The notes under the pieces are model-generated. The model did not search any database, was not told the DNA's origin, and worked only from the letters and a program-made list of their open reading frames with translations. A program made the translations under genes and the position numbers. From assembly GCA_963514005.1 (NCBI GenBank), contig OY740782.1, forward strand, positions 150,722,001-150,786,000: a DNA stretch of 64,000 nt, read 5' to 3'. The stretch comes from Raja brachyura. Lineage: Eukaryota. This document shows, piece by piece, positions 35,188 to 47,960 of the stretch; the stretch's first letter is position 1; each line of letters opens with the position of its first letter.

Positions 35188-36981
35188 CGCCCTCCACTCC
35201 CGTTATCCTGGGACCCCGACTCTCACGTCACTTATTCCTTTGCTCCCGAGATGCTGCCTGACCCGCTGACCCCAATTCCCGCCTCTATTCAGTCCTCACT
35301 GACATCCCCTGTGCTCCCCCCCATCTATACATCCTGCACTGATCTCCCTATCCACCTCGCATTGATTCTCCTGCCATCCCCCATCCATCCTACAATGGAC
35401 CCCCAATTCATCCTGCACTGACCCCCTTTCCCATCCATCCTGCACTGCTTCCCCATTCGTCCTGTACTGACCCCCCCCCTCCATTTATCCTGCACTGATC
35501 TCCCAATCCATCCTGTACTGTTCCCCCTCCATTCATCCTGCACTGATCACCCCATCCATCTTGTAATTACCCATTCATCCTGCACTGATCTCCCCATTAA
35601 TCATGTACTGTGCCCCCATCCATCCTGCACTGATCCCCCTCCATTCATCCTGTACTGACCCCCATTCATCCTGCACTGATCTCCCCCATCCATCCTGTAC
35701 TGATTCTTCCCTCCCAATCCATCCCGTACTGATCGTCACTGAAATCCCCCTCGCCCCCCCCATCACAATTTTACCTAATCCAACCGACACGCACTAATTC
35801 CCCTGCCTCAATCCATCCATTCCGCACCGTCTGTGGAATTATCTCCTCAGAGGGCGGTGGAGGCAGGTTCTCTGGATGCTTTCATGAGAGAGCTAGATAG
35901 GGTTCTTAAAAATAGCGGAGTCAGGGGATAGTGGGAGAAGGCAGGGACGGGGTACTGATTGGGGATGATCAGCCATGATCACATTGAATGGCGGTGCTGG
36001 CTCAAAGGGCCGAATGGCCTACTCCTGCACCTATTGTCTATTGATTGCCCTCTCAACCCCCTATCCATCCTGCTCTGATTCATCCACCCACCGACCCTAC
36101 TGTGCTGGAAATGTCTTGAGAGCGAACATTGACGATGTTTGATAGCGGAATACAATCAAGTGTGTTTTAATTCCCAATGTTATTATTTGATTTAATCTAT
36201 TAAGATGGATTATTAAATTGTGAACACGTGAAACATTAAAACTGCAGTGTTCGATTGTCACAGCTACCGTTGACACGTTATTACGGAATTCATTTTAACA
36301 GCAAATCAGTGCTCTTAATATGGAATATCAGTGCTCTAGTTATTTATTGAGCAACATTCACAACTATACGTTGGATTTATCCAGGTTTAACTTCTACAGT
36401 TGGTCATATACATCACAAATTTGATCAGGAAATATTTCAATTGAATATTCCAAAATTCAGGGGCGATATGGGGGTCAAATATGTATATTATTATATATTT
36501 TTATCTTATGGAATCAAAATCAAGAATTATAAATTCACATTTCAAAAATGGTTTCACAATGCAGTAGTACTGATTTTCAGTATTCCATAATGATATTTGA
36601 GAATACATGAGGTTGCATGCAAACCACTGATTTTCAAAAATCTAGTTTCTATGTAGTACGTTCCATTGCATTTAAGTGAGAAATACCGATTTCCTCAACA
36701 AAATACTGATTTTCAGCCATCAAAATATGGAATTTCTCGGTGAAACCTAGCAGCTCTGCAATGATTAATCTTGACTCCACCAAAATTATTTCTGAAATAT
36801 TGGTCATAAATTTGGTGCAAAAATACTCCAAAATAAGGCTCAGAGTGCAACAGATATCATCTAAAACCCCGGCCGCGAGGGCCTTCACGTCGTGATGTGC
36901 TCTGTGCGCACATTACTTCACATACATTATTTGTAACCCTGTCATGCCACCCCCCTTTTTGAAAAGCTTCGTACGGGCCTG
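34211..36981 (+). mobile_element. hAT-like element with a GC-rich 5' region; its 3' ~500 bp is shared with 61048-61542
   Basis: Imperfect TIR CATGGCCGTCCGAAG / CTTCGTACGGGCCTG with subterminal CACCCCCCTTTTT. The other copy of this 3' end follows a hAT dimerisation remnant. No convincing TSD. Confidence 0.55.
35290..35735. repeat. ~24-bp degenerate minisatellite (CATCCATCCTGCACTGATCTCCCC)
   Basis: Visible tandem units. Confidence 0.85.
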
Positions 36982-36983
36982 AA

Positions 36984-37230
36984 TGTGTGCTGCTATGTGT
37001 GTGTGTGTGTTCGTGTGTGTATTTGTGCATGCCTACGTGTGTTTGTTTGTGAATGCGAGTGTGTGTGTGCTGCTATGTGTGTGAGTGTGTATGCATGCGT
37101 ACGTGTGTGTGTGCGCGTTTGTGAGTGTGTATGTGTAATTTTGTGTGTGAGTGTGTGTGCGCGTTTGTGAGTGTGTGTATGTGTAAGTTTGTGCGTGCGT
37201 GTGAGTGTGTGTGCGTAAGTGTATGTGTGT
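36984..37230. repeat. (TG)n-rich microsatellite
   Basis: Direct inspection. Confidence 0.9.
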
Positions 37231-38432
37231 TAATGAAAAGCCTAGAGTGGAGGTGTGGAAAGAACTCGATTCCTCCATTGACCTCACGTGCTTAGACATT
37301 TCTTCAAGTGGAGATTCAAGTGGACAACAAAATAATATTCAAAGTGAATCCGTAATATAAAACCACATCATTTTATTTGAACAAGATGTGATAAAATAAA
37401 CTCCCTCGGAGAATTCCTTTGATTCGCGCCAACTGCCAATATCGTTAAAACATATAATCGCCGTTGATAATTATATCTTCATTGCCTTGTTTGTGTTGCT
37501 CTAAAAATGGCTGGAAACAGAGATGAGCTGATTTAAATAAAGGCTGATTTCAACAGCCCCAGACCCAGGTTCGTTCACTGAAGGACAGAAACAGAATCAA
37601 TGTTTCCCCAGAGGTGGAAAACAGATAAAGTGAGAAAGAAATGCAAATCTCCGAACAGATTACATCAGATACATTTATTTTAAATTGTCAACGTTCTCTT
37701 GTAAAAATAAGGTTGAAGTGCATATGGATGATGTTGGTCAATAATATTTTCTACAAAGCTAGGTTAACTGAGAACATGTATCATATCCCTTTATTTACCA
37801 ACAATGGCTGGGATCAATAACATTCTCTGCATACATATGAATGCTACACGTGACAAATTCACAGATGCATAGAAAATACAATGATGAATTAAAATTCAAG
37901 TCATAGAAGAATACTATGTTGGAACGCGGGAAACTTTAATTGCCCGCATGCACCTTAAATGTTCGACACTCCTCGTGTTTTCCTCACAAATCGGTTAACT
38001 ACTGTTTTTATCTATCTCCTCAGATAGCTCTAGTGGATTCTTCTTCAGATATCTCTATTAGATTTTTCGATACCATCCGCCCAACCAGTGCAGTCTGAAT
38101 CATTGAAACACTATCCAACAAATATGCTCATTGATTGATTGGTTTGAATGTGCCTTCATTCAACTTTGCTCTTTGGAAGCAGCATCTGAAAATCAACACC
38201 GCATGAATCATCCCTAATGCCGATAATTTCTCCAATCACTGCACCGATCTACAATTCCCCTCCTGCACTATGCCATCCATTAATTTCCTTCCGATCTCTT
38301 AATGACATTTTAATAGAATTTTGTGTTTGCTTTGTATCTATTTCCTCTTCTGCCTTTTATGTAACAACTCTCAGTATTGACATTTTATCTGTAGGGCTGT
38401 GTGGTGACCACACATTTCACTGTACCAACTGG

Positions 38433-40090
38433 GACATAGAAACATGGAAACATAGAAAATAGGTGCAGGAGGAGGCCGTTTGGCCCTTCTAGCCAGCACG
38501 GCCATTCACTGTGATCATGGCTGATCGTCCCCTATCGTGAATTCGCCAAGATTGACTGGCAATCAATTCTAAAAGGGTTGACGGTGGATACGCAATGGAA
38601 GACATTTAAAGACTGCATGGATGAACTACAAAAAATGTTCATGCCGGTTTGGCAAAAGAATAAATCAGGGAAGGTAGTGCATCCGTGGATAACAAGGGAA
38701 ATCAGGGATAGTATCAAAGCAAAGGACGATGCGTACAAAGTAGCCAGAAAAAGCAGCATACCAGAGGACTGGGAGAAGTTCAGACACCAGCAGAGGAGGA
38801 CAAAGGGCTTGATTAGGAAAGGAAAAATAGATTATGAAAGAAAACTGGCAGGGAACATAAAAACTGACTGCAAAAGCTTTTATAGATATGTGAAGAGAAG
38901 GAGATTAGTTAAAACAAAGGTAGGTCCCTTGCAGTCAGAATCAGGTGAGTTGATCATGGGGAACAAGGATATGGATATCTCCACTCATACTTCTAAACTC
39001 CAGTGAATACAAGCCTAGTCTTTTCAATCTTTCCTCATATGACAGTCCCACCATCCCAGGGATCAATCCCATGAACCTACGCTGTACTGCCTCAATCACA
39101 AGGACGTCCTTCCTCAAATTAGGAGACCAAAACTGTACACAATACTCCAGATGTGGTCCCACCAGAGCCTTATACAACTGCAGAAGAACCTCTTTACTCC
39201 TATACTGAAATCCTCTTGTTTCGAAGGCCAACATTCCATTAGCTTTCTTCACTGCCTGCTGTACCTGCATGCAACTTCCAGTGACTGGTGCACAAGAACA
39301 CCCAGGTCTCGCTGCACCTCCCCCTTACCTAACCTAACCCCATTGAGATAATAATCTGCCCCCTTGTTTTTGCCGCCAAAGTGGATAACTTCACATTTAT
39401 CTATATTGTACTGCATCTGCCACGCATCTGCCCACTCACTCAACCTGTCCACGTCACCCTGCAACCTCCAAACATCCTCTTCACAGTTCACACTGCCATC
39501 CAGCTTTGTGTCATCCGCAAACTTGCTAGTGTTGCTCCTAATTCCCTCTTCCAAATCATTACTATATATGGTAAACAGTTGCGGCTCCAACACCGAGCCT
39601 TGCGGCACTCCACTCGCCACTGCCTGTCATTCTGCAAGGGACCCATTCACTCCTACTCTTTGCTTCCGTTCTGCCAACCAATTTTCTATCCATGTCAACA
39701 CCCTGCACCCAATACCATGTGCTCTAATTTTAGTCACCAGTCTCCCATGCGGGACATTATCAAAGGCTTTCTGAAAGTCTAGATACATTATATCCACTGG
39801 CACCACTTCATCCATTTTACTTGTCACATCCTCAAAAAATTCCAGAAGATTAGTCAAGCATGATTTCCCTTTCGTCAATCCATGTTGACTTGGACTAATA
39901 CTTTTATTGCTATACAAATGCCCCATTATTGCCTCTTTAATAATTGACTCCAGTATCTTTCCCACCACCGAAATCGGGCTAACTGGTCTGTAATTCCCCG
40001 TTTTCTCTCTCGCTCCTTTCTTGAAAAGTGGGATAACATTAGCGATCCTCCAATCCACAGGAACTCCCCCTGAATCTATTGAACATTGGG
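38433..40090. mobile_element. CR1 fragments (plus ~38545-38972; minus ~38990-40090)
   Basis: PWITREIR..., NYRPVS, QHG..KGKSCLTNLLEFFE, FADDTK. Confidence 0.88.
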
Positions 40091-40333
40091 ATATGGAGGA
40101 CATGTGACAAATACATGTATGTTGATATTGGAATGTGTAGGAAAGAACTGCAGATGCTGCTTCCAATGGAAGCTAGACACAAAATCCTGGAGTAACTCAG
40201 CGGGACAGGCAGCATCTCTGGAGGTCTGAAGAAGAGTCTCGACCCAAAACGTCACACATTCCTTGTCTCCAGAGATGCTGCCTGTCCCGCTGAGTTTCTC
40301 CAGCATTTTGTGTCCACCTAACAATGAAGGCAG

Positions 40334-40408
<75 letters not shown>

Positions 40409-40418
40409 GCTGTCTGTC
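40334..40418. repeat. (TCTG)n microsatellite 440 bp upstream of the VH ATG
   Basis: Direct inspection. Confidence 0.95.
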
Positions 40419-40694
40419 TTTCTTGTTCAAATATTTTTTCTCACCTCCTCTCTCTCACACACGCAAGCACACGCACACCCAGACGCATTTTAATATAAAT
40501 TTGAGAAATTCCGAACATATTTAAAGAAAAACCTGCACTATCTTTCCACCATCTTATTTACAACTATACCATGAGTTTATATTGTGTAAGGGGCGGAAAA
40601 GCACGCTGTTTTATTAACCTCTTGTGCATCTGTATCAGTTAATAGATGTGAAAGCGTGAGTCCATCTTGCTGTTGAGTTGGGAGCCGTGTCTCA

Positions 40695-40770
40695 GCTCCG
40701 CCCGCTGCACCTCTCGGTTTACAAGTCCCGCCCAAAGCCGCACCCTCTTTTGCCGGGTATTTAAATCTCT
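40695..40770 (+). promoter_or_regulatory. Putative VH promoter (GC boxes and TATA-like TATTTAAAT at 40758-40766; no octamer)
   Basis: CCGCCC at ~40698 and ~40728; TATA-like element ~95 bp upstream of the ATG. Confidence 0.5.
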
Positions 40771-40857
40771 CTAAGATGGTCCGAAGTCCAACTTCCTTGC
40801 AGTTGGTTTGTTGCGAGGTTCTGTACAGAAACAAACCGGGTCACACTTCCCAGCGGG

Positions 40858-40903
40858 ATGAGGTCGGCGGTTTCACTGAGCCTGTTCCTGGCGCTAATAG
40901 TCC
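40858..40903 (+). CDS. IGHV: IgM VH leader exon
   Basis: MRSAVSLSLFLALIV plus a phase-1 GTGAGT donor. Confidence 0.93.
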
Positions 40904-41078
40904 GTGAGTAATGAGTTGGACAAATTCCTCACACAAGTTTCTCAGTGGTATATCCACTACACCGTTCCCCTTCTACCCACTCTAGAACCCTCACAATTTA
41001 TTTCCTATTGATAATTAGAGTCGGGGGATTCATGGTCAATAATTTATTCTCACCATTCATGCCTTTTTTAACTTGCAG

Positions 41079-41382
41079 GTGTCCATTCCGATGTCGTTCT
41101 AACTCAGCCCAAGACAGGGACCGCCGTTCCTGGAGGCTCCATCACACTGACCTGTAAAACCAGCGGGTTCACTCTTAGCAACCACCATATGCATTTGGTC
41201 CGTCAGGTCCCCGGGCAGGGGCTGGAGTGGCTGCTTGCTTACCGTGTTTCTTACACCAATTATTTCGCTCCGGGGATAGAGAGCCGATTTACTCCGTCCA
41301 CAGACGATTCGAACAACATGTTCACCGTGATCGCCAAGAACCTGAGGATCGAAGACACCGCTGTCTATTACTGTGCAAGACA
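41079..41382 (+). CDS. IGHV: VH exon (germline, unrearranged)
   Basis: TTGCAG acceptor; VHS-DVVLTQP...LTCKTSGF...MHLVRQVPGQGLEW...EDTAVYYCAR; open frame. Confidence 0.97.
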
Positions 41383-41421
41383 CACAGTGTGAGGGTTCAG
41401 TGTCAGACCCGTACAAGAACG
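41383..41421 (+). other. VH 23-RSS
   Basis: CACAGTG, 23-nt spacer, ACAAGAACG. Confidence 0.93.
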
Positions 41422-41797
41422 GCACGTTGGGAAGTCCAGCTTTTACCATCAAAGACGAGAGGTGAGCAATTATTTAAACAGCTATAATAACAATCGGGAA
41501 ATGGAGTGCAAACTACCATTCACAAATCCAACACGATATTCAAAAATGTAACCAGCGCATTCGTGTGAGGTTTTGTATTCGCTTCACGCATACCGATAGC
41601 GTTGTGCAATATCATAGACCAGGAAAATATGCTCATTCCATTAGGCAAGTGAGATGAAGGGGGATTGTTGGTGTTGTGTACATTTACTGTGTTCTCTGTG
41701 AATTGCTGGACCATTTTAAATCGTGTCGAAGGCCGTTTCAAATGAAACCTGAGTGTGAACTGTATGGGAGGTTTTTGTGCGGGTCTGTCTCACTGTG

Positions 41798-41809
41798 TAT
41801 ACAGTGGGT
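41798..41809 (+). other. IGHD: DH1 segment TATACAGTGGGT (5' 12-RSS 41770-41797; 3' 22-RSS 41810-41847)
   Basis: GGTTTTTGT-12-CACTGTG | D | CACGGTG-22-ACAAAAACC. Confidence 0.93.
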
Positions 41810-42119
41810 CACGGTGCTGCATACAGCGACTTCCCCGTACAAAAACCCCCACACATAGTTTTCTCCTGTTCGAACCCACAAGCACCGTAGGAGAGGCCGA
41901 GTGAAGCAAATTCAAATTCAAAAGCAAAGTTACATGGATTGTTTTGAGAAATGTTCAACTGTCTTCCGACCAATTCACGTTATTTTATATGAGCTTTAGA
42001 AGAACACCATTTAGCTTTAGAAGTGAGAGCCAAGAGTACCCTGGGGACATATCATCTGTGACCAGTACATGCATCAGTTCTTGAAGAGCGAAGTATTTGA
42101 CATGACATGTTTCACTGTG

Positions 42120-42127
42120 TATACTGG
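42120..42127 (+). other. IGHD: DH2 segment TATACTGG (5' 12-RSS 42092-42119; 3' 12-RSS 42128-42155)
   Basis: AGTATTTGA-12-CACTGTG | D | CACAGCG-12-ACAAAAACA. Confidence 0.9.
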
Positions 42128-42522
42128 CACAGCGGTTCCTACCAATACAAAAACATCCACAACCCATAATACTGTGATCTGGGCCAGTATATGATATTTT
42201 CAATTCAATATTTCATACAACAGGACCACAAACATGTCCAGGAATATTTTCGCACATTTTATTGTATAGGTAACTTGAGGTAATTTATATTTTATATGTA
42301 GATGATTCTTATCACATTTTGCTGCCCTGTTTAATACACGGCGCCGTGTTACCTGATTATTGTTGGAAATGATTTTTTTAACGCATTCATTGTTTTCAAA
42401 GAGCAATAAGGCATTCGCCTTAGATGTGAAATACGAATAATTTACAGGAGTTTTGTTCTTTTTTGCCTGCCTGGTGCAGATCATGTTATTGTGTGAAGAG
42501 ACCCATAGAATGTAACACCGTG

Positions 42523-42570
42523 ACTATCTTGACTACTGGGGAGGAGGCACCATGGTGACGGTAACCAGCG
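42523..42570 (+). CDS. IGHJ: JH segment (23-RSS at 42484-42522)
   Basis: TGTTATTGT-23-CACCGTG, then YLDYWGGGTMVTVTS and a GTAAG donor. Confidence 0.96.
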
Positions 42571-42761
42571 GTAAGAAACTTCATCCTATTCAGTATCTAG
42601 ATGTATCCAGTTGTAATTTTACTCGCTATTTCCAATAATTGTATTAAATTGTTCTTCTACATTAATTACCCATTCATTGCAATGTTGGATCGATGTTGTG
42701 ATTTAGAATGTTATGTGATTCCGCTCCAGTGAGATTCCCGATTTAAACTTGCCTTATGACT

Positions 42762-43220
42762 TGGGATGGCATATGAAGAAAGACTGGATAGACTCGGCTT
42801 GTACTCGCTGGAATTTAGAAGATTGAGGGGGTATCTTATAGAAACTTACAAAATTCTTAAGGGGTTGGACAGGCTAGATGCAGGAAGATTGTTCCCGATG
42901 TTGGGGAAGTCCAGAACAAGGGGTCACAGTTTAAGGATAAGGGGAAAATCTTTTAGGACCGAGATGAGAAAATCATTTTTCACACAGAGAGTGGTGAATC
43001 TGTGGAATTCTCTGCCACAGAAGGTAGTCAAGGCCAGTTCGTTGGCTATATTTAAGAGTGAGTTAGATGTGGCCCTTGTGGCTAAAGGGATCAGGGGGTA
43101 TGGAGAGAAGGCAGGTACAGGATACTGAGTTGGATGATCAGCCATGATCATATTGAACGGCGGTGCAGGCTCGAAGGGCCGAATGGCCTACTCCTGCACC
43201 TATTTTCTATGTTTCTATGT
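42762..43220 (+). mobile_element. CR1 3' end in the J-C intron (young, ORF open)
   Basis: YEERLDRLGLYSLEFRRLRG...; (TATGTTTC) tail. Confidence 0.9.
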
Positions 43221-44314
43221 GCTGACGTTCGATCCTTTGACTATGAAACGGATGCGGTTTAGTTCCAAATTAGCGGGAAAATGTGCATCAATTTGCTTTC
43301 ACTGTGCTTTCTAATTGTTTGAGATTGTTGTGGTCCTTGGTCTGTGATGCATCTAACTGTATTTTCTGATCAACAGCAGGTACTTTGTCTCAGTTTGTTT
43401 CTTATCAGCGCATATGAAACAAACAACAGAAACGGATAAATCATGGGTGTAACATTTTCAAGTTTTTAAAGTGCATGTATTAATTGGTGGAATCGCCTTG
43501 CCGCCTTTAATCCAATCGCTAACAAAACTTGCATGGAAGAAGTAAAATGTTCTTGCAGCAAAACACAGAAATGCAAGGCTCAGCGTCAGGGTTAATTGCG
43601 CAGTTATATATCTTGAAGTAGAATGAATAGGAAGGAACTGTGGATGCTGATTTATGCTGGCGATTGACACAAAAAGCTGGAGTAACTCTGCCTGTCCCGC
43701 TGAGTTACTGCAACCTTTTTTTTAATCTATATTGAAGCAGAATGTGTTGGCCATGTGAACCAATGATACAGCAAAGCTAAGTCCGTGAAACGCGATGTAT
43801 AGAATAGCAATGTACCGGGTGTACTAGGGGACAGAGGAACTAGGGTGACGGAGGAACTGAAGGAAATTCACATTATATTGGAATGTTATCTATGTAATCC
43901 ATGTGTATTGTGTTATTCGTCGTTATTTCAACAATGATTGGCGCGGTGGTCATTGGGACAATGAATTTTGGTGGTCTTTGGACAAAGATATTTGGATTTT
44001 TGTGTAGAGTTTCAGCAAATGTGTGTTATGCAATTCATCCCATCGGCGGTATGATTCAGCCGGTCATTGCGGGAGACGATATTGTTGCACAAATTTTACG
44101 TGTTTGTACGTTCAATTCGAGTGGCAGCGACCGGGTATTGCTGTTGTATGAAGTGTCGGATTATGTTATTTCAATAAACGCAAAGAAGATATATGTTTAA
44201 AAATAAAAATAAGAATAAATTACTAGAAATGATAAATAGGAACAGTAAATGTTGCAAACACCTAGAGGGTCACGCAGCCTGTGGCGAAAGACAAATCCCA
44301 TAGAGGGGAGCCAA

Positions 44315-44570
44315 ATGACGGCTGGTAGCGCCAGAGACCCGACATCGTTCCCGAAATCAGGCGCAGACTGTGAGAACTGTGCGTTGTCCCTGTGGTTTCT
44401 TACTGGTGCTCTGCTTTCCACCCACAACCCAAAAGAATGCAGGTTTGCAGGTTAATTGACCCGGGTGATTGACCCTAGTGGGTCGGGGGTGGATGCGATA
44501 GTGTGATAAAGTGGAACGTGTGTCGCCCTGGATTTGGTTGGCAGAAGGATCTATTTCTATGCTATATCTC
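44315..44570 (+). mobile_element. Degenerate V-SINE/HE1-like SINE
   Basis: GGTGCTCTGCTTTCCACCCACAACCCAAAAGAATGCAGGTT resembles the V-SINE core. Confidence 0.5.
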
Positions 44571-46429
44571 TAATCGAAACTGATTTGCCATGGTTTAGTC
44601 TCCCAACGACAGTCGAGCTGGAAAATGCTTCGTTTTCTCTTTCCACAAATGCTGCCTAGCCCAATGACCCCATCGCTCTGTTTATATCAAAGATCACGAG
44701 TTTACCCATTTGGAAAATGCGTTGAATGTAAAATGGGGAGATTTCAGAACAGCTGTAGTTTGGGAATAACTTTTAATCCATGGATTTATTAGAAAGAGAA
44801 TTTGAATTTGTGTTTGTCTCTGGCTCCCAATGTCATTTAAACACAAAATGTTCCTCTATTTAGTAAATTGCTAATGACAAATGGCAGTTTTAGGAATAGT
44901 TACGGTAATAAAATGAAAAATTGGGAAATGGAATGTTGGAAACAAAATGTTCTCTGATATTTTAGACAATAGGCGTAGGAGGAGGCCATTCGGCCCTTCG
45001 AGCCAGCACCGACATTCAATGTGATCATGGCTGATCATCCCCAATCAGTACCCCGTTCCTGCCTTCTACCCGTATCCCCTGACTCCGCTATGTTAATTTT
45101 AATTATAAAACAGGGTATTCTATTAATCCTTGAACAGAGTGAGAATTGAACTCGATGGCTTAAAGGAGGGTTTGAGTGACGTTCAAATTTACATTTTGCA
45201 TTTATTTAATTAAAACATTGATTTAGCAACATTGTGCATTTTCACCATTAAAAGTAGACTTCCTCTATATGAATTAATGCCTTTTCCTATTGAAGTCACG
45301 AAGCAAACTCGGATATTTTTTATAGATTGCAGGTTGTAATTAATAATTGGTATCTTTTTTATTTGTTTCCTATCGGCCAGTGATACAATGTTAATCATTC
45401 GTTCTTCAGTGCCGATGACATTGTAAACGTAAACTCGTTTTAAAGATGCAGGAAACTGAACTGAGCGTCATTACATAAACATTAATTTTAATTGATTATT
45501 ATTGAATTCATTAAGGCAATGGTGCACACAGACAAACATTTAAAACCTGTGCCAATTTATTTAATTACGGAGTATTAACATGTTCTTACAATTTAAATGT
45601 TACATTTAGTTTCCAGAAGTTGTGGTACATAACCTTTATTAATTCAGATATTATATTGAGAGAGTTCTTTGTCATCCTTACCAATGCAATTTCATACATG
45701 TTTTTAATCTGGTATGAATGTAATGTTCTTGTCGGCTGGTTTGCTTTTCGGAATTTACTTGCAATTACTGTCGGCATACAAATGATCGGTATATTTTCGT
45801 GAGTGATGGGGCAACAAAATACAGTTAAAAAAGTGACATTTTAAGTGTGTTATTTGTCGTTAAATAACAGAGCTACCATTTCAATCCCATCCACCGCCTT
45901 AGTTGGTTTCGTTCGATGGACACATTTAAGGGCAAATTTCACGAACAAGATTGTGATTGTTTATTTTGTCTTCTCCCAAATTATGTTCGGGAGCCCGACA
46001 TGGAAAACCCTTTATCCTTCCATTTTCTGTGATTTTATCGTATAATCTCTGAACCATTTATAAAACAAAAACTCTTCCCTCTTCCTCCAAATCAAAAGTT
46101 TGGCCATGGGCACTCTCAATGGCCCAAGCGAAACCTACCTAAATTATTTAATTTTAATTAAATAAATTTAATTTTAATTTAATTAATTTAATTTTAATAA
46201 ATAAATGCAGATGTAATTGTGAACGTCAGTCAAACCCTCCTTTGAACCATTGATTTCAATTCCCACTCTGTTCACGGATTAGTGGGATACCTGTTCTGTA
46301 ATTCAAATAGCAGAGAACATTTTGTTTCCAACATTGCACATCATTTCACCAATTTCCATTTAGTTGGGTACATGGGACAACCCCTGACACAGACTGGCCC
46401 TATCCCCGAACTCTTCGTCCTGTACCCAT

Positions 46430-46830
46430 GCAGAACTCATTGACCTCATTGTCTATAAACTTTGACCATACGATCAAATTCACCGGGTCCATCCCCGACA
46501 CATACCTCCCCTTTGTTGATCTCACCGTCTCCATCGCAGGAGATAGACTACCGACTGACATAAATTACAAATCTACGGACTCCCACAGCTATCAGGACTA
46601 CACCTCTTCCAACCGTGCCTCCTGCAAAGACTCTATGTCCTACTCCCAAATTCATCCGTCTCCGCGCAACTGCTCCCAAGATGAGTTGTTCATACCAGGA
46701 TATCCGAGGTCCTCATTCTTTGGGGAGCGGGTATTCCCCACTTTTACCATAGATGAGGCTCTCACACGTGTCTACACTGTATCCCGCAATTCCGCCCTTG
46801 CTCCATCAAGCCCCAGTCGCAACAAGGGGT
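46430..46830 (+). mobile_element. Penelope RT C-terminal fragment
   Basis: IKFT, LPFVDL, TDINYKSTDSHSY.DY.S. Confidence 0.78.
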
Positions 46831-47192
46831 TTGGTGAGATTGTAACCCATAGGCCAACGTTAGTTATATCCACTGAGCATTGACCATTCCTGAGAAACCC
46901 TGGGAATGTTACAGTAATTAATACTGGAGGCCTATCGATATATTTCCAACTCGAAATTGTGCGTACATTTGACAGTAACTGCCGGATATTGGCACCACAA
47001 GAAGTTTTCAGCCAATGTTTTCCAAGGTGGGAACAAGGAGGAATGATTAACTAATAGTTTATGATACTCAGGTGAAGTTGCATGAAATAGAAAACTGCGT
47101 AACGAATTGCTGTATAATGATTCCTCGCACTGAATATTTTGCAAAACGAGCAAGAGAGAGAGTTTAACATTTATGTGTCCTTTGCCTTGCAG

Positions 47193-47489
47193 CGGCTGAT
47201 TCCGCGCCCAGCCCCTTCATTCTCTTCACCTGCGAGGATCACGGCTCCAGTGGTTCGTTCACCTATGGTTGTTTGGCGTTGGGCTATTCCCCTGCGGGCG
47301 CCAGTGTTTCTTGGAAGAAAGATGATAAACAACTGACCAGCGGAGTGAAGGAATACCCGGCAGTGTTCAATAAGTTGGGAACTTACACCCGGAGCAGCGA
47401 GTTAACCATCACCGAGGCGCAGGCAGGAGGAAGCGACATCTTCTGCGTGGTTCAACACAGCCAACAAGAGTATCAAGTGAAAGTACCAG
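47193..47489 (+). CDS. IGHM: Ig mu CH1 exon
   Basis: 297 nt, phase 1/1; FTC (light-chain Cys), YGCLA..YSP, SW, IFCVVQH. Confidence 0.95.
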
Positions 47490-47524
47490 GTTCGTGTTGG
47501 GGTGCACCGCGAGGCCGACGGTGG

Positions 47525-47960
47525 AGTTGAGAGTCGAGAGTCAAGAATGTTTTATTGTCATATGTCCCAGATAGAACAATGAAATGTTTGCATGTATACA
47601 CGCACACATACTCAAAAAACAAACAATAACAGTGCAATAATAATAATAATAATAGTCTATTGTAGTTCAGAGCATATGAGATTGCAGAGTTTAATAGCCT
47701 GATGGCTGTAGGGAAGTAGCTGTTCCTGAACCTGGACGTTACAGTTCTCAGGCTCCTGTACCTGCTTCCCGGTGGCAGTGGTAAGATGAGTGTGTGGCCA
47801 GGATGGTGTGGGTCTCTGATGTTTGCTGCCTTATTGAGGCAGCGACTGCGATAGATCCCTTTGATGATGGGGGGTCCGAGCCGGTTATGGAATGGGCTAG
47901 TGGTCACAACATTTTGCTATCTTTTCCGCTCCTGGATCTTCAAGTTGCCGAACCAGGCCA
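47525..47960 (-). mobile_element. Rex/Babar-like LINE 3' end
   Basis: DPHHPGH..I.PLP.G.RYRS...SRFRNSYFPTAIRLLN. Confidence 0.75.

Noticed and set aside
41800-41806. Heptamer-like TACAGTG inside D1
   Set aside because: Lacks the CAC start and has no nonamer at 12 or 23 spacing.
42571-47192. Class-switch region or extra J segments
   Set aside because: No tandem AGCT/G-rich repeats and no second WGxG motif with an RSS seen.
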